This document shows positions 52,456 through 64,000 of a DNA stretch of 64,000 bases, piece after piece (positions within the stretch are counted from its first letter, which is position 1; the number at the start of each line of letters is the position of its first letter). The notes under the pieces were generated by a model. It was given only the letters and a program-made list of their open reading frames with translations. It did no database searches and was not told the origin of the DNA. Source of the stretch: Octopus vulgaris (Eukaryota); NCBI GenBank assembly GCA_951406725.2, contig OX597814.1, positions 215,512,001 through 215,576,000 of the forward strand, read 5' to 3'. Made by a program: the position numbers and the translations under genes.

Positions 52456-53580
52456 TACACACACACATGCACACACATGCACACACACATATATATATAA
52501 ATATGTACAAACGCGTATATATGTGTGTGTGTGATTGTGTATGTATGTGTGTGTGTGTGTTTGAATGAATGTGTGCACATGTCACTAAAACAGATTACGA
52601 TAGAGAAGAAAAAAGAATTAGAAATCCATGCAACACTGCTGCAACTTCTTAAGCATGTCTTTATTAAAACTATGTACTATAAGCAAATAGTATATTAGTG
52701 GGTGACGTTAGTGATAAATAGAGTGGAGAGAAGGCAGAGTCAGTGATTAAGGCGGTACAGGTCAGAGGAAGTAGAAGATGAATGCGAAAAGGAGGAGTGT
52801 ATATTCCAACTGTAAAAGTACTCTTATCTGCTGTTTTTCGCAACCACAGCCACAATTTTTTTCTTTTTTATATATTATTTATATTATTTATATTATTTAT
52901 ATTATTTATTTATTTAGTTCGTTTGCCTTGGTTTTTGGTGTTTTCTCCTTTTCTTTGTTTTTTTTGTTTTGTTTTGTTTTTTTTCTGTCTTCTTTTTCTT
53001 TCTTCTTCTTCTTTTCTTCTTTTTGTTATAATATTTCCCTAAAAAAACTCACAACTGCCGCGCGGTTCGCAGACTAAGTTGGACGGTCTTTCATTACACT
53101 CTCTCATCCGACTCTTGCAGTTTGAATGTCTTCTAAGTAAGTCTCTTTCTTTCTGCATCTCCTCACTCCCTTCTCTCTCTCTCTCTCTCTCTTCTCTCTC
53201 CTCTCTCTCATCTCTCTCTCTCACATCTACTAACTATCCATTTGTATACCTCTCTAGTTTCCCCATCTTTTCTCCCTATATGCTTCCTATCTCCCCGCGA
53301 ATTTTCCTCGTTCTATTTATTCCAGTTCATCGTTGATTCTTTAACTCTATTTTTCCTCTTTTCTTTTGAATATTTTATTTCTATTTTCGTTAAAAAAAAA
53401 GAGAATTTTTTCTTTCTTTCTCTCAATGTAATTTTTTTTTATATTTCGCAGATTTTTCTATTTTCTTAAAAGGATTTTTAGAACATATCCGTATTAACAT
53501 ACATACATATACATACATGCTTACATTTATCCGCATATACGTTTAACAATCAAACGCATTTATGTATTTGTGTGTGTGTG

Positions 53581-53622
<42 letters not shown>

Positions 53623-53842
53623 GTTTGTGTGTTTGTGTGTATGTGTGTGTAGTTTACATTAATATTTTGCCGAAGCAACAGAGTGACTCAAAGTCCGACA
53701 GTTTGAAAAGTGCTAGTAAACGAAACTCTCGGCCCTTGAGCCACTGTGTGAATTTTTGCTAAATAATAATAACAATAATAATAATAATAATAATACTGTT
53801 TTGAGTTCTATCTTTCCTGTTCGCATCAACAATCCTATGTAT

Positions 53843-53900
<58 letters not shown>

Positions 53901-53999
53901 CAGTACGGGAAACTTAAGGTGATATCATCAACCGGCCTTCCTCATTATTAATACATACTGCTCTATATCTTAGAGTGTGCTTCTACTTTCGGATTTATG

Positions 54000-54073
<74 letters not shown>

Positions 54074-54119
54074 GCATGTATGTATATATATATAGAGAGA
54101 GAATATACATATACATCTA

Positions 54120-54198
<79 letters not shown>

Positions 54199-54816
54199 AT
54201 TTATGTGTGTATATGGACACGGATGTACATATATGAACTGAATTACAACACTGTTATTAGAAGCGCTTTGCATTCCAGTGCGTGAACTCCATCAGCTGAC
54301 AACATATCGCAACGGTCTCACATACCTATACCTGTATCGCTTCCGCAAGCGCAGCCGGCTTGCTTTGATGCTACGGGGAACGTTCGCAGTCTATGGGACC
54401 ACACATCGTACGATCTCAGCGACGTGTGTGTGTGTGTGTGTTTCCGTGTGTGTGTGTGTTTCCGTGTGTGTGTGTGTCTGCTATTAATTTTCCTACGCAA
54501 TGAATAAACAATTTTATGAGCATTTTTATGCATTCATTAATAGCTATACGTAACTCCAACTCCAACACTTTTACCCCACTTCACGCCAAACTTTTATGTT
54601 TTTGTTGTCCTTTTCGCACATACATACATAAATACATACATACATACATAAATACATACATACATACATACATACATACATACATGCATGCATACATACA
54701 TACATACATACATACATACATACATACATACATACATACATACATACATACATACATACATACATACATACATACATACATACATACATACATACATACA
54801 TACATACATACATACA

Positions 54817-54848
<32 letters not shown>

Positions 54849-55033
54849 GATATGTGTGTCTGCGTGTGTATACATACGTATATATCTGTACGTACATATG
54901 TTTCTACCTTCTCTATCTCTCTCTCACTCTTTCTCTCTCTCTTTAAAAATAATATATATTTTTTATCGTTTATTTATGATTTGGTTTATGTTTATCATTG
55001 TTTGATTTGCATAATAGTATTCTTTCTCTAATT

Positions 55034-55151
<118 letters not shown>

Positions 55152-55156
55152 GTATG

Positions 55157-55191
<35 letters not shown>

Positions 55192-55192
55192 G

Positions 55193-55239
<47 letters not shown>

Positions 55240-55336
55240 CTTAGATAAACTTAGATATGTTTCGACCAAAGATTGGTCCAGGCCATGTCTAACTTAATAA
55301 CACCACCTATATATATATATATATATATATATATAG

Positions 55337-55440
<104 letters not shown>

Positions 55441-55589
55441 TGATAGATAGATAGATAGATAAATGTATAAATGTATATATAATTATATATATACACACAT
55501 AACATACAAACACACACAGATATATACATACATACATACATACATACATACATAGTTTCACTACTGCAGAAATTCTATGTCTGCTATTT

Positions 55590-55760
55590 GGGCTTATTGG
55601 CAGAGTCGTTAGCACGCCGGCTAAAACGCTAAACACCTCTTATTCCCGCCGTTTACCTTTTGAGTTCAAATCGCACCGACATTAACTATGCTTTTCATCC
55701 TTTCAGGGTCGATAAGAACAAATATCAGTAGAGCACTGGAGTCAATGTAATCGAATCCCA
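55590..55760 (+). mobile_element. SINE family B (degenerate)
   Basis: GGCAGAGTCGTTAGCACGCCGG..GAGTTCAAAT..TTTCATCCTTTCAGGGTCGATAA. Confidence 0.7.
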
Positions 55761-55814
55761 CCTATTTTAAACTAGACCATATCTGAAAATTAGATAAAAT
55801 GTATTATGTATTAT

Positions 55815-55982
55815 GCAGGAGTGGCTGTGTGGTAAGTAGCTTGCTAACCAACCACATGGTTCCGGGTTCAATCCCACTGCGTGGCATCTTGGGCAAGTGT
55901 CTTCTGCTATAGCCCCGGGCCGACCAATGCCTTGTGAGTGGATTTGGTAGACGGAAACTGAAAGAAGCCCGTCGTATATATG

Positions 55983-56043
<61 letters not shown>

Positions 56044-56273
56044 GTGTGTGTGTGTTTGTGTGTCTGTGTTTGTCCCCCTAGCATTGCTTAACAACCGATG
56101 CTGGTGTGTTTACGTCCCCGTCACTTAGCGGTTCGGCAAAAGAGAACCGATAGAATAAGTACTGGGCTTACAAAGAATAAGTCCCGGGGTCGATTTGCTC
56201 GACTAAAGGCGGTGCTCCAGCATGGCCACAGTCAAATGACTGAAACAAGTAAAAGAGTAAAAGAGAGAGAGAG
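55815..56273 (+). mobile_element. SINE family C
   Basis: Near full length. Confidence 0.9.
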
Positions 56274-56631
56274 TATGTTGAATTTTTATTAATTAATGCC
56301 CCAACTATTCCTCCTTCTATTATTATTTATTTTCGCCACTTCCGTTAAATTTCGTTCCTTTCTGTTTCTGTCAACAGCGGCTTTAAATGTTTCACGTAGA
56401 AAATGTTCTCATTACTTTTGTTATTTCTCTCTTATTTCATATATCCACCCAAAATATGTCATCATAAAATCCTCATTTGCTATGCAACATTCCCTTGTTA
56501 TACATATTTATACACACACACACTCACATATACAGACATAAACGTACGTATCTGTCTACGCATACAAAGAAGCATATATAAACTTAAGTACACACACACA
56601 TGCACAAACATCCATATACATATATGTATAT

Positions 56632-56699
<68 letters not shown>

Positions 56700-56838
56700 A
56701 TATGTTTGTGTGTATGCATATGTGTCGTAGGAATGGTTCGAAAACCGGTCAGGTTAGTTAACTTGTTCTTTAACCATCATTTCACTGATTTAAACTGGTT
56801 TATATATGTATACCTATCTGTTTCTCTGATTTTTCCTA

Positions 56839-56869
<31 letters not shown>

Positions 56870-57206
56870 CGCCTGTTCGTCAATATACATATATCCTCAG
56901 ATACATTCATGCATGCATACATACATATATACATACCTAACCTTAATATACCATCATACCCACTCACTCACACATACACACACATTTGTATCTACCTATC
57001 TATATATGTATACATATGTATGCATACACGTACATATATATATATATATATATATGTATATATGTGTGCGTATGTATATATATATATATTACGTATATGT
57101 GTATATACATGCATCTATATATGTATACATATATATTTATATATACGTATATATATATACATATATATATACATATATATATATACATATATACATATAT
57201 ATATAC

Positions 57207-57261
<55 letters not shown>

Positions 57262-57263
<2 letters not shown>

Positions 57264-57427
57264 TAAACAGTAAAAATAATTACAGACATGGACAAGAACA
57301 TGAAACGCCACAGAGACGACACAAGAACCACAGGACGGGACATTCGAAGCCCTCAGTCATCAGTCAAGAACCAGATCATCTTAGCAATTTCGGCTGATTA
57401 ATCTTGAGATTGCTCCGATATGGGCAG

Positions 57428-57432
<5 letters not shown>
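57262..57432 (-). mobile_element. Short insert in (TA)n with partial hammerhead-like motifs, possibly Penelope-type
   Basis: Minus strand: GGCTG...CAGCC GAAA, and a downstream CTGATGA; flanked by (TA)n on both sides. Confidence 0.35.
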
Positions 57433-57523
<91 letters not shown>

Positions 57524-58056
57524 CCTTTGTGTGTTTGTATTTCTTGTGTGTACGAGTACATAGATATATGACAATGTTCAGTGTTGATGCATTTGTCTTT
57601 GCTTGAATTTGAGATCTTTTCTTATATTTTTTTTGTTTAAAATTAACATATCATCATCATCATCATCGCCATCACCATCGCCATCACCGTCGTCATCATC
57701 ATCATCATCATCATCATCTGCATCGGCCTCATTAGCAACAGCAATGACATCAATAACAGAATAGGGAAACCTACACGTACGCGGTGTCTTCTGTGCTGCA
57801 TAAACTATTAAAGCTAACTTAAGTCATTCGACTTTAAGTGCGTTGGGAACAGTGTTTCTTCTTGTTCTTCTTGTTGCTGTTGGCTGTGCTGAAGCTCGTG
57901 TCTGAATGCAACTTTAGTGAAGCAGGCGCACGCATTATGACTCACACACACATGGCCTCCCTATACATTTTGTGACTTGCTTGTGGCAACAAGAGAGCTC
58001 TTCATGATCTCTGGACCTACTAGAAATAAATGTCTGTCCGTCTGTCTGTCTCTCTG

Positions 58057-58118
<62 letters not shown>

Positions 58119-58334
58119 ATCATAACTTGTTCTCTTTTAAAAAATAAAAATAGTATCTAGTCTGGAGTGTACTATTCGTGAGAAAAACAAAACAGGATGG
58201 CCATAGCTTGAATATCCTTGATCAAAGAAAGCTACTCGATAAGAACTGACATGCGGTTAAACAACCAGAAATATTATGTGTATTTGTGTGTGCATATATA
58301 TATATATATGTGTGTGACCCTTCTGTCCGGCAGT

Positions 58335-58522
58335 CGCCATGATAGATCGGTAGCCACTACACACATTTTTTTCTCTCCTTGTTTCTTTCTGTGTCCCTTT
58401 CTGTGGAAGAGCGTAGGCTCGAAACGTAAAAGACTTTTTCAATTCCCGAGAGTTATACTAATACATCTGTTTGTTTTCTACAACACCTGTCTTCGTCTTT
58501 TGTTTTTTTCGTAAATTCTTCC
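58335..58522 (+). mobile_element. ~190-bp hammerhead-bearing repeat (same family as 43019-43227)
   Basis: CTTT CTGTGGA A GAGC-GTAG-GCTC GAAAC GTA AAAG at 58397-58432. Confidence 0.75.
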
Positions 58523-58801
58523 TATATATAATTATAATTCTGTTTTTTATATAAATTTTCATCTGTCCTGCCCGCCAAATTTGGTTCTGGTGTTCGCTGA
58601 ATTTTTCCTCTAGAGAACTTTCTTTGTAGTTTGATCGTTGATGATCTATTTCTAGCATACGGCCGACTACTTAGCAGTCTTGCCCTGCCAATATACACAT
58701 ATATTAGAATTTTCTCTGATTTCTCAGATTTTTTGTATGCTGGACTACTGGTTTTAAATTGATATTAAAATTAATATTAATTTATCTCCCTCATTATTTA
58801 A

Positions 58802-58863
<62 letters not shown>

Positions 58864-59456
58864 TGAGTGTCCACAAAGGCACAAGCCTTTAAAAGTTTAT
58901 AAGAAACACATTGTCTCCCCGTAAATGAATGCATGTACAAACCAGTTAATACATGCTCTCGACTGCTCTTTGGTTGTGATATTTGGCTAGGAAGCGAAAT
59001 AGTTTCAGTCAGGAATGCTAACAAAGACACGGACTCTTACTTTGATACAAACCATTGCAATACTTGATATTTTGTTTTTGTATAATGGTCGTTACGAAAA
59101 TGTATTAACGAATGTGCAATCAAGCAGACATACAAGAAGTTAAAGAAATTCTTAGATATATAGATAGATAGATATGTGAGTGTATGTATAAATGTACATA
59201 TGTGTGCATGTATGCATATTTGTGTGCATGTATATATGTTTGTATGTGTGCATGTTTCTATGCATGTATGCATCTATGTATTTATATACATATGCGCGCG
59301 CGTGTGTGTGTGTGTGTGTGTGAGTGTGTGTGTGCTTGTATGTTATATATGTATATAATTATGTAAGTTTTGACAGTCAGAAACAGACATAGGGAAGGGA
59401 TTTGATGACGCTCAAAAATAGAAGGAAAAGAAACAAATGTATATGTATATATATAT

Positions 59457-59970
<514 letters not shown>

Positions 59971-61721
59971 ATAATATATGCATACATATAAGCATGTATA
60001 CAAATGCGAGCATCTGGAGTAGTCGGTGCGCATCCAATTATAATCGCCTAGGTAACTGGAAATTATCAGCTGCATAGTTTACATCTCTTAGATTAACCCT
60101 AATTAAATCAAATGTCAAGAATACTATGGAAACCAGGTTTCGCTTCGTATTTTAACTTCCGTTACTAATAGAATTAAGAAGTAGATGAAGGAAGCCATTG
60201 TAATTCTTATTCATTATATATCTATTATTCTTTGTAACTTGTATTCTTTCTATTGTTTTTTTTTTTTGTCGCTTTTTTTTATTTTTGTGACTCTCTTTGT
60301 CCTCTTCCTTCTTCGTTGGATAATTTAGATATTATCGTATATTTTCTGTTTGATATTCGAATATTCGCTTTCACACAGTCTACTTCACTTGGCAATATTG
60401 ACTTCGAAACTGCCAACTGCAATAATCGCAATGAAACCGACGGTAACATTTAAACCAGTTATATGCCACAACCAGTGAAAACACGTTGGATGATATAGTC
60501 AGTCCTAAATAGACTATATTTGAAAATATAAAACGTGGTCGTTTTTAGAATGCTTTATATTTAATTTTGGTCATCTGGGATACCTAGGGATTAAGCCAGA
60601 GCAACAACAGCAATTGATTTCTTTTAACTAGACACAAACACCTTTCTTTGTAATGGATGGCATATGGTTGGTTAAATAAGAGTAGTAAATTACTGGTATT
60701 TATATCATTTAATCCTAAAAGATGCACTACTTCGCTTATTCTGAATTGAACTTTGAACGAAGCAGAGTATTATAAAATTCGTAGTCCAGTATCATGACTC
60801 AGCTTTCTAATTTGGCCTACTTATAATATTCTGTTCGTGGTGTGAACTGATAGAAACTTTAGAGGGTCGAATATAGTGTTTATTCCGAATTTTTACATTC
60901 TGGATTCAATCCCTGCTTTCATTCTCCCTGGGTCGATAAATAAAGGACCTATCACAAGCAGGACTCTGGTGGGAGGATTAGAATGACAGTCGGGGTGTCA
61001 CAAATTACTTATTCCTACACTTTCCCATCTGGGCTCACAAATAACACCGTGAGTAGTAAGCTTAATCCGTTGCCCGATTTAACACTACCACCTGTCCTTG
61101 ATTGTCTTCTTCTGCAAGAACTGTAGCTACGCCTCCGGATTGAGGTGACCTTCCTTCTTTTTATCAGTCTAAGAGTTACGCAAATGACTTGTAGACACTG
61201 ACCTTAATTCTGACAAAACGATAAAATAAACAACTATGCAATACATCCTGAGGAAACTGTGATGTTAATGGCTTTCCTTAAGGGATATTAGCTATGTAGA
61301 TTAGAGGAGCACCATAATCCGGAGAACGGGACCAGGCTGTGCACTTAACTGACAAGATGTTCGCCCACACAATTAAAGATATATTATAAAATGAAGCCTA
61401 GTCAAGAGAATGAATACCCTGCTGTGATTACATGTGTGATATTACATGTAAGTAGCAACGAATTCTTTAAAAATATACTAAAAATAATAAATATATACAA
61501 AGCTGGAACACTGTAAATAAACATATGATGTACGTAATGTTACATCGACAGCCAAATGCGGCTCGTAAAGCCAAAAAATGTATAGCTTCATCGCTTCATT
61601 TTCTCTGTTCGTGGGAAGATCGCGAGGGTAAGGATGCTAAAAGAGAAGCGTCTGTTAGTTCGCAGTATGAAGTTTGTTGACTCGAGTAAGGAGGGTTTAT
61701 TCGTGTATGTAGGTATGCGTA

Positions 61722-61774
<53 letters not shown>

Positions 61775-62217
61775 TTATGTATATATATATAAATATACAC
61801 ATACATACATATACATAAATAAGCACACCATTATTTTCATAACTTTTATTTCTTTGTTTTAGTTTTATTTTTTAATTATGTATATTCATATATTCTTTTC
61901 ATAACATTTTTCTGGGGTTTTTTTTCCTTTTTTTTTTTTGCTGTTGCTCGAGTTACCATTTTTGCTTTCTTTTCTATTTCAATGACCGGCCACACTCTTC
62001 ATTTTTCTTATAAATACCAAACTTAACATTGCAGCTTTCGGTAACGTGATCAACGATACGCGTAATAATAAGAATAGTAATAGAGAGATATCTCTTCACC
62101 GTCATAAACAATTACGTTCTACTTCCGTATTGAGTACTTTCCTCTTTTAGTACGTTGAAATGTATACAGAAACATAAACTTGAACACATGAACATACAAG
62201 CCCTCATACTTCTGTTC

Positions 62218-62268
<51 letters not shown>

Positions 62269-62754
62269 ATGTATATATATGAACGTGTAGGGGTGAGGTC
62301 GTGAAAATCTACCGATATGATACTCCCTTCGTTCTCACCTGTTCATCTGTTGGTACGCATCCAACTTCCCTGTTTGTATGTGTGTATGTGAAGGGGAACC
62401 TCTTATTCTTTCACTCTATTACTCCTTCTCTTTCTCTCTCTCTATCTCTCTTTCCCTCTCTCCCTCTCTCTTCGCTTATCCTTTCTTTAATCCCATCTTC
62501 ATTTCTTTTTTACATTGATTCTAGCACGATCCAAGGTCGGTATCCCTGTGTGGTGTGTGTGTCTGTGTGTGTCTGTATCTGTGTCTGTGTGTGTGCTTGT
62601 GGTGTGTGTCCACCCGTCTGTGCGCTCACTTTCTTTCCCCATCATGCACTGTTTTTACTCTACTAACTCTGGCTAGCCATATACTCCCGTTTCACCGTTG
62701 TCAAAGTACTTTGTGATTGTATCAATTATCTCAGTTTGAATTGCTCTTTTAAAA

Positions 62755-63110
62755 AGTTTAACGAATTTTCTATACCAATAACTGACCATCAGGTCTCTCC
62801 CAGATGATTTCTCATTCGATAGTTTTGCAACAACCGTCAAGAGACTTCATTCCTTCTGTGTCTTTGTAATCGGTCACTGCTCGGTCGTGTAATCGTAGTT
62901 AGTTGTCTCAGTTTAATTGTGATAGCAGCTTTGAAGTCATCGTTGATTACAATATTTTCAGGAGAAGAACGCACTCTCAGGAGAAGACGTCACATATGCG
63001 AGCCCTTTCTAAGCACCGCACACTTACATGTGTGATATATTTCTGCTCTTGCAGTATCAAAAAGTCCACCTTGTGGTAATTCGTTTTCAAATTTCATCAT
63101 ACTCACTCGG
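62755..63110 (-). mobile_element. Very old mariner N-terminal remnant
   Basis: Minus-strand VINDDFKAAITIKLRQ resembles mariner 'VDDDxLKAxIExxPRQ'; weak. Confidence 0.35.
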
Positions 63111-63880
63111 GAGCAAAGATCAAGCTAGGTCGAACAAGTATTAGATCTAGGAATAGTTATACAACTTGTTACAACAACTACCATACACTCAAAAACAATG
63201 GTTAAGTCAGGTTGAAGTCGTATTATGTACAGAAGTCATATTATGTATAGAAATAGCACAATGTTCGTATGTTTATACTTAAGCCAGAGTAGGTACATTT
63301 GTCGCAAAAGAACACTTTGTGACAACATCCAAGGTACACCAGTACAATATATTATGTATGGTTGTACGTATATTTTCTTTAAGATGGCGTTAAAATAATG
63401 CTGAGAATTGCTTCTTTAGTGCTAATGCGCCTTCGCGTGTATACGGTACAACTATATAAGCATGTCTCTTTCTATATATAGATCACTATAAAATAAACAA
63501 TTGTGAACAAGAGAGAGCTTTCACTGGACTTGTTTCCCATTGTATTCTTTTATGAAGCATGCGTCATTCATGCATCGTAAGAAATAATGCAGGTATTCTG
63601 TTTGAGAAAAGATTATTTGATATAACAAATACGTATGGCACTAATTCGACAAAGAATCGAAATAACTGCGCGGATTTGGCAAGAAACGGGCTTAACACAA
63701 CTCATCCTATGCCATACATACATATATACACATACATATATACACATACATATATACACACATATATATATACACATACTTACATACATACATACATACA
63801 TACATACACACACACATACATACATACATACATACATACATACATGCATACATACATACATACATACATACATACATACA

Positions 63881-63916
<36 letters not shown>

Positions 63917-63926
63917 TACATACTTC

Positions 63927-64000
63927 GGAGCACTCTGTCGGTTACGACGACGAGGGTCCCAGCTGATACGATCAACGGAACAGCTTGCTCGTGAAATTAA
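63927..64000 (-). mobile_element. SINE family A 3' end (continues beyond the window)
   Basis: GCACTCTGTCGGTTACGACGACGAGGG is the reverse complement of the family A 3' end. Confidence 0.85.

Noticed and set aside
61000-61300. Minus-strand SGGVATVLAEE, similar to RTE endonuclease
   Set aside because: A single short motif is insufficient support.

Overview
AT-rich, microsatellite-saturated eukaryotic DNA. The repeat families (three abundant tRNA-derived SINEs, Dong/R4, RTE, CR1, mariner, Helitron) look like those of an octopus (coleoid cephalopod) genome; this attribution is from recall and is not verified. I find no host protein-coding exon, and nearly all ORFs in the track are translated microsatellites. 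The only long real ORF is the RT of a 5'-truncated CR1-clade LINE (4978-6642, minus). The window is a nested transposon graveyard. The most notable signal is a dispersed set of short non-coding elements carrying minimal type-I hammerhead ribozyme motifs (CUGAnGA-A-stem II-GAAAC-short palindromic stem III-GUH) and fold-back inverted repeats, together with a decayed Penelope GIY-YIG ORF. One of these elements (7033-7395) fuses a tRNA-derived Pol III head to a hammerhead and is flanked by an inverted copy of its own tail, making it a candidate Penelope-mobilised, ribozyme-bearing SINE. Coordinates were counted by eye, so ends may be off by a few bases.
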